This document shows, piece after piece, positions 27,387-40,269 of a DNA stretch of 64,000 nucleotides (its first letter is position 1; the number at the start of each line of letters is the position of its first letter). Source of the stretch: Eledone cirrhosa (Eukaryota); assembly GCA_964016885.1 (NCBI GenBank), contig OZ024745.1, positions 80,042,001 to 80,106,000 on the forward strand. Reading direction: 5' to 3'. The notes below the pieces were generated by a model that had not been told where the DNA came from, did not search any database, and worked only from the letters and a program-made list of their open reading frames with translations. Made by a program: the position numbers and the translations under genes.

Positions 27387-28994
27387 TACACACACATATA
27401 TATATATATATATATAAATACATATGCCACGGAACACCCGCCACTCTCCTAAGGGTCGAACAACGAACCATCTTCACCCTACAGACCCACACTCCCCCCG
27501 GCCTGAACTCCCCACCCTTATTCCTTTAGCCTTCGACCGCCCCCTCCCCCCACACATATCCCCCACTAACACCACTAACACACCCCTCCTTTTCACCGCC
27601 CACCCCACAACTAACAATACTAACACCTCCACCCCACATTCGACCACCCTTCCCCAACTAACATACTAACATCCATCCCTTCTCCCCCCCCCCTCCTTAT
27701 TACACGCACACACCCACCGGTACATATATACACGCGCTCACACTAAACACACACCCTACTACCACCACTAACCCTCACCCCCACACATCCACCCCACCAC
27801 CCCGCAACTAACATCACTAACACCCCCTGACCCCAAGCACACGAACACACACACCCACTTACACCACCCACTCTACACGCAACTAACATCACTAACACCC
27901 CCCAACCCTACGCACACGAACACACACACCCTCTTACACCACCCACTCTACACACCCTACCACCACTGACCCCCACTCACACCCGCATTCAACCCTTTCC
28001 CCACCTCCAGTATACTAACACCCACTAACACCCCCTTCACCACACACACACCAGTACACTACACTCCCTTCATCGACCCCCACACCCTTCTCTCCCCGCT
28101 CCACCCACACCCTTTCTCAAACACACACACATCCCACTAACACCTCTACTAATACACACACACACCCTCCTCACTCCAACTTTCACACCTACCCATCCTC
28201 TCCCCTGTCCACCGCAACTCCGCACACACTGACACACCGACTTTCTTCACTTACCATTCTACCCTACTGCTGCTATGCCTCTCTGACCACCTCCCCGCAC
28301 ACACAGACACACAACCCTCCTCCTGCCTTGACCCTCTGACCACTTCCTGTTGCGCGCGCACCCCCACATCTCCCCTCTTCCGACCAATCTCTTCACGGAT
28401 TACACATATGTGAACCTTGATCCCGAGAATCCACCGCATCCCAAGGATTTTACTCAGCATTCCACCACATCCTTTTACTGAATTACCTTGACGACTCACT
28501 CCCAGACATACACCCCAAAAAAATTTTTTTCCCACACGCCACCTACATCCACAACACGCATAAACACCACACACACACGTGCGTACCACCACATATTTAC
28601 ACATTCAGCCTCCGGAATCCTCTCCCCCCACCCCTCTATCCACACACGCACTCCGACCTACACCCCACCCCACACACACCTCTTCCTGAACATGCAACCC
28701 CGTTCTTCCCCCAACCCTTGCTTTCACATACACACACACACACACACGTACACCTACACACACACACTACCTTCAGCCCTCCCCGCTCGGACACCCCGTC
28801 TCCCTCTCCCCACTCCACCCGCCACCACCCCTACACGCCCCACAACCTTCCACCACCTGTTTTACCCCATTTTAATTTTATTTTGATCATGCCTTTATTT
28901 TTAATTTCATTTGCACCGTTTCCTCTCACCCCCTTTTTGCTATATGTCACTCCACCACTCCCCTACACACCCTTTGAACTCTCTTCCCACACAC

Positions 28995-29065
28995 TTTTCA
29001 CCCGAAGAAGGGCTTATGCCCGAAACGTCGTTCCCCACCACCACCCCACTCTCAAGGGCGTGAAA
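28995..29065 (+). ncRNA. Minimal hammerhead-like motif with CCGAAGA core
   Basis: CCGAAGA-A-GGGC uuau GCCC-GAAAC GUC; palindromic ACGU stem III; weak proximal stem I, alternative UUUCAC/GUGAAA pairing; AATAAA follows. Confidence 0.65.
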
Positions 29066-29119
29066 CTAATAAACCTTTGTTCGTACTGCCTCTCTGTTTT
29101 GTTCCCGTTCAATTTTTCA

Positions 29120-31567
29120 CTCTAATAGTAACCTTAATTGTGGAACCGATAGAACTACCGCTGAACGCAGTATGGAACGAGGGTCGAGTAGGAGGAATTG
29201 GGACAGGTGTAGCAGACGCATAGTTGATACAACCCTAGCTATCGAGGGTAAACCCAATAGCCGCACGGGGGGTACACCGCCCTGGAGACTTGGGACGATT
29301 CCGAACACAATCGTGACACCTCAGGACACCACCGACCCACAGGTAATTTCCAGTTACAATAGACTAGTAACTACTAGGGAGACAGGTAATTCTAATATAG
29401 TTAGTAGGAACAAGAGGCATCGGACCAGAAAAGTCCTGTGGTATAATCCCCCTTACTCCACTGGCCTGACCACTAGTATAGCTAAGCTTTTCTTTAGAGC
29501 CTTAGACAAATGCTTCCCTAGATCGCACAGATATTATAAAATATTCAATAGAAATACTATCAAGCTGTCCTACTCCACAACTAGTAACATAGCTCAGAAT
29601 ATAGCTAAGATGAATTATAGTAGACTTAAGACAGCCAATGAGGGAATTATGCATGGCAGGAACAATGACAGCTCTATTGAGGAACTGACTCATACACGTG
29701 AGGCGAGTCGGGTCGCCCCTAACCCCAGGGAATTTACCCATAGAGCAGACTGGAACTGAGACCCAACCCCAAAGGTACCGTGGTCCATCCAGAACCACCC
29801 AGATCGATAGCAAAAAATGCAACTGCAGAAGCACCGCCACCTGCCCCTTGGCTGGGAAATGCCTTACCAAAAACATAGTCTACGACTGTAAGGTCTCCAC
29901 TCCTTATAGAACCTTTAGGTATGTTGGGGCAACTGCCACGGAATTTAAGGATAGATGGTATAATCACCGCCATACCTTTAATAGATTAGATAAGAAAAAT
30001 AGCACGGCACTTTCGGAATTAGTCTGGAAGCTTAAACGTCAGAATATAGAGCACTCCTTATCCTGGTCCATAGTTTGTTCAGCCCAACCTTATAACGGCA
30101 GCACTGGCGTCTGCAATTTATGTATAGCTGAAACTTTCAATATTATTAGAGGCGGCCCCCTATTAATTAATAGAAGAGCAGATTTTTTCAGCAACTGTCA
30201 ACATAGAACCTCGAAAACCTTCCGTAGGATTTTTGGAAGGTAACCTACCAATAACTCCTCCCTCTCTACTTTAGCCATAGAGTTCTCTCAATAAACGGAC
30301 AGTCACACACTTAGGTAGTTAGACGGCTAAGATTGTTTGCGCACATGCAAAGATACTCGGCCTGTTTCCACGGAGTTCTCACAGCTGAGTGCTCTCTTTT
30401 AGAATACTTAGCTAGTAAATAGTTAGATTGATTACACACCTAGTTAGGACCGATTACGCTCCCTATACATAGCTCTACACACAGTACCCGCTTCCTTTAG
30501 ACATTGAGCTCCTACTTTTACGAATGTCACGTTCCTACCGACTGAACACTACACCAGGTTTTGATGCGTGATCATCTAACCATGGAGGACTCACTGTTAC
30601 GGATTGAACAATGATACTGACACACCATTAATGGGCCTACACACATCCTCTGGTTTTCACTATCCTGTGTTTTCTTACTTCACCTTCTATGCTGAATAAC
30701 ACACCTCCACCACTCAAACAACTATCTTAAAAGCTCATTGGCCCATGTGGCGGGAGATCGCACTTGCGGACTCATTTACCCAATACCCAACCCTACTTAG
30801 AGCCCTTTGCCGGCCCACATTGCAGTTGCTTGCACGCACGGATTTGGTGACACGGATTCTCAACTGGACAGCGGTACACAAGGAGTTCGACATGAGCTGA
30901 TTGCTTGCTCTTCACATGGATGTGTATATACCCGGCCATCTCCCCCCCCCCCCCTTCGGTGTGTGTTGGGGGTGTGTGTGCCCGCCCACGCTAATTCTGC
31001 GGTTTAATACTGTGTTTATGTGTGTATATATATGTATTTATTTTTATTTTTATTTGAACTCGAGCCGATGTATGCGGGTGTGGAGTGTGTGTGTACCCAC
31101 TCACTTCTAACTGTGACTGACTGCATCCCTACGGATTTGTTTGATGTCCAGCATTTTTTGCAGCGATAGAAGTCTGAAAACTTTTATGACCTCAACTAAA
31201 GCTAATAGCAGACGCCTTGTCTCTGACTGACTGGTGTGTCTTCATATGAGGGAATGAATTATGTGAGAGAACATCGTTCTTTTTCTCCCCCATATCAAGA
31301 ATTTGAAGACAATTCATTTTCACCTGATGAGATCAGTGATAATCGATCATGGCTTCACAATCGATCTATCTCTTATTGAAACATGTGTCGTGATTAAATG
31401 ATTGGAATTTTACCTTGCCTTCGGATTTTCATTTTGATACTTATATTCCGTTTTACATCATATAGCTGTTCCCTCGAATGGAATTGGAGATATACAAAAG
31501 CGTGGAGAACTTAATATATATTACTAACAAAGTTATTGGACCATTTTACACAACCAATATTGCACCT

Positions 31568-31570
<3 letters not shown>
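29120..31570 (+). mobile_element. 3' portion of a second Naiad-type PLE (post-RT region, GIY-YIG, long 3' pLTR)
   Basis: VLWYNPPYS, KIFNRNTIKLSYS, CNCRSTATCPLAGKCLTKNIVYDCKV..YVGAT..FKDRWYNH..STALSELVWKLK..CNLCIAE; one frameshift near 29730; hammerhead at 31320. Confidence 0.85.
31311..31402 (+). ncRNA. Type I hammerhead ribozyme in Naiad 3' pLTR
   Basis: UCAC-CUGAUGA-[imperfect long stem II]-GAAAC AUGU GUC/GUGA; stem I extends via CAUUU/AAAUG. Confidence 0.8.
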
Positions 31571-31611
<41 letters not shown>

Positions 31612-31920
31612 GTACAGCAGAACACTGAACTGAACTTACTTGCGCGCACGCGCGCATGTGTGTGTATATATATGTGTGTAGCGTTGGTTAACCCAATATT
31701 TCCGATTTACATCGTCAAATTGAGATTTGACCGACATAACTTCTGTTGCTTTGCGAACTAACTTTTCGGTGATTGCTGTGTTGGTACATTCTTATATGTG
31801 CTTTTTCTCGGATATCGCTTCGGTGTGTGTTGGGGTGTGTGTGTACCCACCCACGCTAATTCTGCGGGTTTAATACTGTGTTGATGTGTGTATATATATG
31901 TATTTATTTTTCTTTGATGA

Positions 31921-33874
31921 TTGGACACACGTTTTCGTTCGAAACGACACCATCTTCGACCTCCATATTCTGGCCCTTATCGTGTTCTAAAAAAATATCC
32001 GAAATATTTTATTCTCGATCTAGATGGTAAACAGAATTCTGTCAGCGTGGACAGATTAAAAAAAGCCATCATGGATACTGTTACAGTCTCTACACCAGAA
32101 ACTCCAACAGATTGCTGTCTCAGCGAGCCACTTGTTTCATCTCCAGTCACGAGAAGCGGACGACGCGTCCATTGGCCCGCAAAGTTGGCACAATATGTGA
32201 ATTACCGTTAACCTCAAGTGAGTTTCTTAATCATTCTTCGTGCAAAGCATTTCCATTTTTCTTGTGTTTACTATTTCCAGTTTCAAATACAATGAACTTT
32301 CTGCTTGAACAATTGCAATTTTTAGTGACCATGTGCTCATGTCACGAAGAACATTATTTATTATGAACATTATTTATAGTTGGCAGTATCGGTAGTGTGT
32401 CGGACATGCTTTCCAGCATAGTTACGTCCCTTTACGATCTGAGTTCAAATCCCGCCGAGGTTAACTTTGCCTTTCATCCTTACGGGGTCGATAAAATAAA
32501 GTACCAGTAATATACTGAAATAATTGCTGGCCTTGTGCCAAAAGTAGAAACAATTATTTATTACAAACACTATTTAAGAACAAACATTGTGTATATCATT
32601 GTGTATAACATTTTTTTTTTCCTTCTCTCTCTTGTTTTGCAAAATTTGTATTTTTCTTGTTCTGTAACATTGATTGTGTAATTGCCATAATTTTTATATA
32701 CATACAAGGCGTGTACATATTCTGTTTTTCATGCACACTACAAAACCACATTTGTTTCACCTTTTGGTTCATACACTGAGCAATAGATATTTGTGTCCCT
32801 CTAACTCTTACACTACAAAATGTTTTCTCTGTGATCACGCATTTCACAAATCACAACCTCAAAACACTGGCTTTCTGTTTTCACGTACACATTCACTCAA
32901 TAGCTCGAGAATGCCTCGCTATTTTTTTACCACATGCATTCGCTCAAGTCATATGCTGTGGAGCAAGCTGTTACCTTTAGGCAGCATGCTTACGGCCATT
33001 CAGTTCACACATTACGGTTATCTTCACTGCCCGTTTAGACTTTTTGTCACGCAATTCCCAGGCAGCTCAACCGAAATTGCAACAGGCTCATTCATCACGC
33101 CTGCATAAATCTGGTCAAAGTCATTTTATAGTTTATTTCTTTTTTTCTCTTCCTGACACACACATCTCTACATCGACTCTGTCCTGTACTCGATGATCAC
33201 AAAATTTCACAACGTGCTGGACAATCCTGGGGCTTTTGTCATGACAAATGCACCACTGGCCCATTCCTATACGATATTTCGCTCTTTTGTTGTACAAAAG
33301 AACTGGCAGGGGGCTAATGTACAGCCACCGGAAATAACAGCTGTGAAATATACAGCGCCATCTACCTGTTAGCTAGCTACTCAACGTGAAACAAAAGAAC
33401 CCTTAGAACCTACCCTACCAGAATTAGAACCTACTAGAATTAGCCTACACATCGACTAAACAACAAAGGGTTATTCCTGTATAAATAGAGTGGTTCCTAA
33501 CACTTTCGCTAGTCGACTTTTGGCAGAGTCAGCTACCGCATCGTTGTTCCTTTACTCTGCCACGCTTTGTCACTCACACACGCATTGCCTTGTACCACGT
33601 ATCGTTGTTCCTTTACTCTGCCACGCTTTGTCACTCACACACGCACTGCCTTGTACCACGTATCGTTGCTTCATGTGAAAATAAATAGCTGATCGAATTT
33701 ACATCTCGCTTTGCTTCGTCCTTTCAACTTGTGCTTTCGTCTGTCCATCCTCAACAGTTCTTTTAAGGGCTATCTTCATATCTGATCAGACCGTATGCGA
33801 TAATAGTCCTTCTAAGGACTATTCTCGGATCTGATCAGAAGTAGTGACTAGACTGACCAACCAGCGTCATTACA
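31921..33874 (+). mobile_element. Ty3/Gypsy remnant: integrase C-terminus, PPT and 3' LTR (33318-33874)
   Basis: LRPPYSGPYRVL..VSVDRLKKA..TRSGRRV (GPY/F module); purine tract GGCAGGGGG before TGT..ACA; TATAAATA at 33480 and AATAAA at 33680 inside the LTR. Confidence 0.78.
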
Positions 33875-33940
33875 AAAGTCATGTATGCCTGTTTGTTTGT
33901 TTTTTTGTTGTTTTCCTTTGTGTCATCTATTTTAAGCAAC

Positions 33941-34022
33941 GGGGATTTCCCGGCGTTAGTTATATAAATACCACAAACTTAACTTTAGTTTCTTTCTGTA
34001 GTCAGCGCTCTAAATCGTAAGT
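33941..34022 (+). promoter_or_regulatory. Candidate IAP core promoter and short non-coding first exon
   Basis: GGGGATTTCCC (NF-kB consensus) at 33941, TATATAAA at 33961, Inr-like TTAGTT at 33985, donor GTAAGT at 34017. The ATG exon begins with a splice acceptor, so an upstream exon is needed. Confidence 0.55.
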
Positions 34023-34568
34023 TTATTTATTACTTTCTTTTTTTAATGGTTTCTGCTTTAGGTACAATGCCACAAATTTGGGGGAAGGGAAAAGACGATT
34101 AAATCGATCCCAGTATTTGACTGGTTTTTTATTTTAGCGGCCCAGGAAGGATGAAAGGCCAAGCTAACCTCGACGAGAAGGAAACGACTTTTGATTTAAA
34201 TCAGACATGAGCAATCTTTTTTCAGCAATGTGGTGCGAAGAATATGCTCTATCATATGCGTTCGAGACGTTTGGTGGAGTTGGGCCGCTGACAGCGAAGT
34301 TCTTGTTATCGTTGACGGCTCACCTTACAGGACCGGATTTAATGGGAGGCAAGGGGGCAATTGTCTGGGCGCCCTGCAGTGGAGGGCCCCACCAGCGACG
34401 GCCGTAGCAATTTATTTGTGCCCCCAGCTAGGGTTTTAGACGGGTTAGACTTTTTGAATTTAATACTTGCATGTATAACTTTTCAATTCCAATTACTTGC
34501 GCCAAGCTAACTTTGATATGTAAAATTGGTGGAATTTGCTGTGTATTCTAATTTTTTGTATATGGTGT

Positions 34569-34637
<69 letters not shown>

Positions 34638-34657
34638 CTATGACCAGTGTATATAGA

Positions 34658-34723
<66 letters not shown>

Positions 34724-35949
34724 TATATGTATGTATACACACATTTATAACGGAATACTTCCTATGTTTTACCGCCTCTGGGACCATCTATTGTGGAAGG
34801 TTCCCACCATTGCTTTGTCAAAAGACAACGATGATTAACGTACATACTACTTGACCTGTGACCCCAGCTTCCTGGGAGACGATATCCACATGCCCATAAA
34901 TCAACTCATATATACATACTTCTAGCTATAAGGTTATTATAAATACAACGACTTAGGTGACCGTTGACGTAAAACGAACACAGTCTTCTCACTATCCACT
35001 ACACATTTATATATATATACATACACACACGTATATATATGGGCCTTCCAGTTTTATTTCAAATTATATACATGTCTGTGTATATTTTAATTATTTAAAA
35101 ATTACTTTTAAATGAAGTGAACGTGACCCAACGGGTCACTGGTGGTCCAGTTGTAAATAAAAATTTGATCTAAAATAAAGGTTCTCAAACTTGTTGGGCC
35201 ACCCCGCCCCCCATACCGCCGCGTAATACCCTCAGCACCGCCACCCATATTTCCAGAGAGACCTGCCTACACACAAATAATATATAATAAATAAAATCGT
35301 TAATTTATATATAATAAATAATTGTTTCTACTTTTGGCACAAGGCCAGCAATTACGGTACTTTATTTTATCGACCTCGTAAGGATGAAAGGCAAAGTTAA
35401 CCTCGACGGGATTATAATAAATAATTGTTTCTACTTTAGGCACAAGGCCAGCAATTACCCAGTGCATTACTGGTACTTTATTTTATCGACCCCGTAAGGA
35501 TGAAAAGCAAAGTAAACCTCGGCGGGATTTGAACTCAGACCGTAAAGGGACGTAACTTATAATATAATATATACTATCATCATCATCATTTTACGTCCGC
35601 TTTTCCCTGCTTGCAAGGGTGGGACGGGAACTGATTCTGGCTTGATTTCTATAGCTGGATGCCCTTCCTAACACCAACCTCATTTACAGTGAGTGCTGGG
35701 TGTTTTTTCCGTGGCGCCTACACGACCACTTTACAGTGTGGGCTGGGTGCTTTTTTGCTGTGGCATCTCCACGACCACTTTGCAGTGGAATGATAGGGAC
35801 CCCAGTCCTATACTATATACTATGTATAAATAAATATTGTATATTTTTTTATACTCCAACTATAGATTTTTAAATAATTGAAACTATATTTTTTATACTC
35901 CAACTATAGATTTCATTTGTTGCCTTCAGTTGGTTATCTATAAGGAACT

Positions 35950-36670
35950 CCCACTGCTCCTCTATATCGTATGTCTCTATTTGCTCTTCCTTACTGTCAA
36001 GGTGGCAAGCAACATACCTCTAAATTTGTATTTTTGTTAGAGGTGCCTACTGACTGTAGGCTTCGTCTTATACTTAGGCAAGGCGGGTCTTCTGTATTAC
36101 TGTGTAGCGCCAAAGATCTCGGTCCAGTGACATTGTCTTGGAGAGATGTAAGTGTGTGAAGTCGGAATTTATCAAGTCGTCCCAGGTTTTTCTGGGTCTG
36201 CCTACTCCGTGGCTACCGTCTATTTTTATCGCCCTGCACTTTTTTATACTGCTGTCGTCTTTCATGTGCATCACGTGTCCATACCAACGTAGTCTTCTCT
36301 CGAGTAAACAACATCTGATCTCTCTTATTCCTAATTTCTCCCTTAGTTCATTTATGCTTTGCCGTTCACGCATATCAATAAAAGCTAGATATAATTGTTT
36401 CTACTTTTGGCACAAGGCCAGCAATTACTCAGTGCATTACTGGTACTTTATTTTATCGACCCCGTAAGGATGAAAGGCAAAGTTAACCTCGGCGGGATTT
36501 GAACTCAGAATGGCAAGGGCGTCAAAGCATGGTGTCCGACCCTCTACCGATACTGCCAATCCACATAATGGCTTACACTTAGCAAGAAACTTCTCTTGCA
36601 GTTGTCTTACTAAGAAGAAGGCATCTGTAGTGCTCTTTTCTGACAAAACCAAACTGCATCTCATCTAATT
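35950..36670 (-). mobile_element. RTE fragments with internal deletion, split by a SINE
   Basis: RRLRWYGHVMHM..GRPRKTW and STTDAFFLVRQLQEKFL. Confidence 0.8.
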
Positions 36671-37540
36671 TGACTCTAATTAGTTGTGCTAAAACTCTTT
36701 CTGTCACTTTCATTACCAGATCCACTAGTTTTATGCTTCTGTAATTCTGTTAGTACATCTTTAGCAGAGAAAATATTTTGTTGTACTAGCAAGAGAAAAT
36801 GTAGGTTTAGTTATATGGCAATGTTAGTCGAAAGTAAATGTAACGTAGAAGAAGTTGTTGAAGTTTAAGTTGTTATTCGGTTGTAAGATTGTCACCATAA
36901 AAGAAGAGAATTTGCTGTTGTAGTGATAGAACCTTGGGAAAAGGATTTTCCCATATCATGTCCAAGGTTATTTTGCCAAATAAAGTGAACAAACAAAATT
37001 AAGTGTTATATGCAAAGAAGACGGTTCCTAGCCGACAGGGCCGATATTTCTTATTACTGTTTCATGTTGGCTAGTTGTTGACACAGTAGGAAAAAATGGA
37101 GGTTAACTTCTTGGTGTCAAAGCAGCAACTAGTAAAGTGAAACAAAAGAAGTGCGAAAATAATTAATATTCATGCGCGACTTAGGATCTGTTCAAAGTAA
37201 TCAAATCACGCATGAATAGTTGTTACGCGCCATGAAATAACTCTGTTACACATCACCTTTATCCTTGTAACAATTAATGACTATACTGATGGGTATGACA
37301 CTTGATTGGTTCTTTGGTAGCCAGTCCCTCCATCAAATTCTAATAATGTTTCTGAGTATCATTGAGGCTAAGTGCACTAATATTTAATTAATCCCAACGG
37401 CGGTAGATTGGCAGTATCGGTAGAGGGTCGGACGCCATGCTTTCCAGCATAGTTACGTCCCTTTACGATCTGAGTTCAAATCCCGCCGAGGTTGACTTTG
37501 CCTTTCATCCTTACGGGGTCGATAAAATAAAGTACCAGTA

Positions 37541-37993
37541 ATCATCATCATCATCATCATCATCATCACCGTTTTACGTCCGTTCTTCCACGCTAGCATG
37601 GGTTAGACGGGTTGTCCTGTTGTGGGCAGTGTCTGGTCGGCTGACCATGCCTTGCTCATACAGGAACTGATCTGGCTTGATTTCTACAGCTGGATGCCCT
37701 TCCTAACACCAACCTCATTTACAGTGAGTGCTGGGTGCTTTTTCGTGGCGCCTACACGTCCACTTTACAGTGTGGGCTGGGTGCTTTTTTGCCGTGGCAC
37801 CTCCACGACCACCTTGCGGTGGGGGGGGGGGGGGCATATTGTTTATATGCTTCAGCATGTACCCATGGGAGGTCGGGTACCCTGTATTACTGCGTGACGC
37901 CAGAAGTCACGGTCGTGTGTCATTGACTTTGAGAGGTGTAGTTGGGTAAGGTCGGCTTTTATCACCTCATCCCAAGTCATCTTGGGTCTCCCC
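37541..37993 (-). mobile_element. RTE 3' fragment nearly identical to 55700-56139, inserted inside a SINE
   Basis: Reverse-complement near-identity; SINE halves at 37398-37540 and 37995-38040. Confidence 0.9.
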
Positions 37994-38081
37994 ATGAACT
38001 GGGTAATTGCTGGCCTTGTGCCTAAAGTAGAAACAAATATTTAATTAATCTCATATTTTTGCATTTTCTAGGATATAAGCA

Positions 38082-39159
38082 ATGGCCACTCTTACTGAAA
38101 GAAAATTTTTTAAAAATCTTAGCACACCTGCTGGGGATTTACGTTATGAAATTGAAAGATTATTGACGTTTTTTGAAAATATTCATCCAAAGTTAACATC
38201 TGTACAACTCTCTGGAAATGGTTATTATTACGATACGACAGCAAAAAAAATAATGTGCTATTTCTGTAAAACTGTAGTTAAGTTTTCAGATTCCAGTTTC
38301 AAACATGATCATTCGTGTAGATATAAAGTTGAGAGTTTTCCAGTATATGTATATGATAAAGCAGATGATGAACACGGGGCAGACTTTGCTCAGAGCACTG
38401 AGATGCAAGATGAGTGTGTTATCCCAACTAAAACAGATGATGAAAATGCTGCAGCTTTTAATGCTCAGAGCACTGAGATCCAAACTGATTCTGTAATGCC
38501 AACTAATACTGAAAAAGTTAATTCAAATAAGAATGAAATGCTTGATATGCAAAAAAGACTGGATACCTATAACAATTGGAACAAAAATGTGCCAGTAACA
38601 CCCACAGATCTTGCCAAGAATGGATTTTATTACTTAGGTTATGGAGATACTGTTAAATGTGCATACTGCTCTGTCCAATTGCGCAACTGGAAAGAAAATG
38701 ATGATGTCCATAAAGAACATACACGTTTTAGTCCGAAATGTCCAAATTTAGAATCTTTTATGAAAATGGATTTGAAATACGAACTGAATCGGATAAAAAG
38801 TTTTGTCAAATGGACGACATCTTACCCATTAAAAGCTAAAGATTTGGCAGCTAATGGTTTCTACCACAAGGGGCCTGCAGATAATGTCTGTTGTATTTTT
38901 TGCAAATGTGAAATCAATAATTGGAAAGCAGGTGATAACATTAAAGAAAAACATAGGTCAGTTTCTCCGAACTGCCCTTTCTTGTGTGAGAAATTGGTAG
39001 GTAATGTACTAATACAAGCTCGGAGTAACATTCTATTTGACCGCCCTACACATCCAAATCTTGCTTTGTTAAGTGAACGCCTTAAAACATTTTCTTTGTG
39101 GCCAAAGGATAAAAAGCAAAAACCAGAAGTTTTAGCAGAAGCTGGTTTTTTCCATAATG
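38082..39159 (+). CDS. IAP (BIRC-family) gene, first coding exon: degenerate BIR1, BIR2, BIR3 and N-half of BIR4
   Basis: BIR signatures RLDTYNNW..LAKNGFYY..DTVKCAYC..W..DDVHKEHTRFSPKC and RIKSFVKW..LAANGFYH..DNVCCIFC..W..KEKHRSVSPNCPF. Acceptor ttttctag ends at 38071, ATG at 38082, phase-1 donor G|GTAGGT at 39160. Confidence 0.95.
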
Positions 39160-40269
39160 GTAGGTGAACACAATTTTTATGTTTTTGTCGTTGATTAATT
39201 TTTTTTATAATATTAATTCCAATTTGCTAAATTGTATAACATGGTTTTGAATATTTTGTATATTGTTGGTAAATATGGAGCAGTCTTTTGAACTCTTGTG
39301 CTGATGTCAGCACTGCATGCTGACCTCTGGGCAACACATATGTTAATTTTCTTATGTTTCAAATTTTGGCATTGCCCAGTCAGGAGACGGAAGTCATTTA
39401 GAGTTTATCAAAAATAACACTTTTTCCAAACCATTCTGCTCTCGTCTCACAAACGAGACACATTACATAATTTTTGCTCCATCAAGCAGAGGGATGTAGC
39501 ACTTGTAAAAATAACACCAGCCTCTTGACATGGTTGGCACTTCTATTAAGATTAGTTCCATGCATCTTGCAAATCAACCACATAAACATAACACACAATT
39601 CACTCGATTCTTTGTTATTTTCTTGTGTTGTCAAAATAGTTTCAACTTCAGTTATTTCTTTTTAAAAAATTATTATAGTAGTGATGTTTGTTATTGTTCA
39701 TCAGATATTTCTAATGGCTGCTTCACTTTCAACCTCCAACTTTCAACTACTGACTATGACAAGTACAGCCACACATCTCGATCACTGAGACACACACACT
39801 CAATTCATTTGCCATAAGTCACAAACATTCCCACAGCGCTTATATGGGAAAGAGCAATTCATAGAATCACTCATCAAGCCAACATTACTTTACATCTGCC
39901 ACACAAAAGTTAACAACAAACTAATACAACAATGCCAACCAAAACACCTCACGCTACATCTATAAAACTTTCATTTACTACAAATATACATTGACATAAT
40001 AACTAAGAAAGATTTGAGGGGATCAAATTATTAACCCTACCCTGATGTCTATGTGCAAAATAACACATTCAACATCAAACGTATAAAGTGCCTGTTGGAG
40101 ATCTTCTGATAAGTTGACTAATACCATGTCATCTACAAATTTCAACTGACTGATCCTACACCTGCCCGTCGTGGTACCACTTCCAACCCATCTGCGCATG
40201 TCAATCCAATTCATGAAAATTATGAACAGGAGAGGTGACAGTATGCACCCTTAGCAGAGTCTGGCTCCC

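Noticed and set aside
17553-30243. Selenocysteine recoding in the Naiad-type ORFs (reported for some Naiads)
   Set aside because: Conserved Cys positions use TGT/TGC, the interruptions are frameshifts or TAG, the TGA at 29757 follows a frameshift, and I saw no convincing SECIS by eye. A SECIS search would settle it.
34327-34400. hAT-like terminus CAGGACCGGATTTA..
   Set aside because: No matching opposite end or TSD found; too little support to call.
37398-37490. tRNA gene
   Set aside because: A and B boxes are present but run into a SINE core repeated more than ten times; no clean cloverleaf.
39160-39167. IAP ORF ending at the stop at 39167
   Set aside because: The stop is intronic; splicing at 39159 to 46798 restores a complete BIR4.
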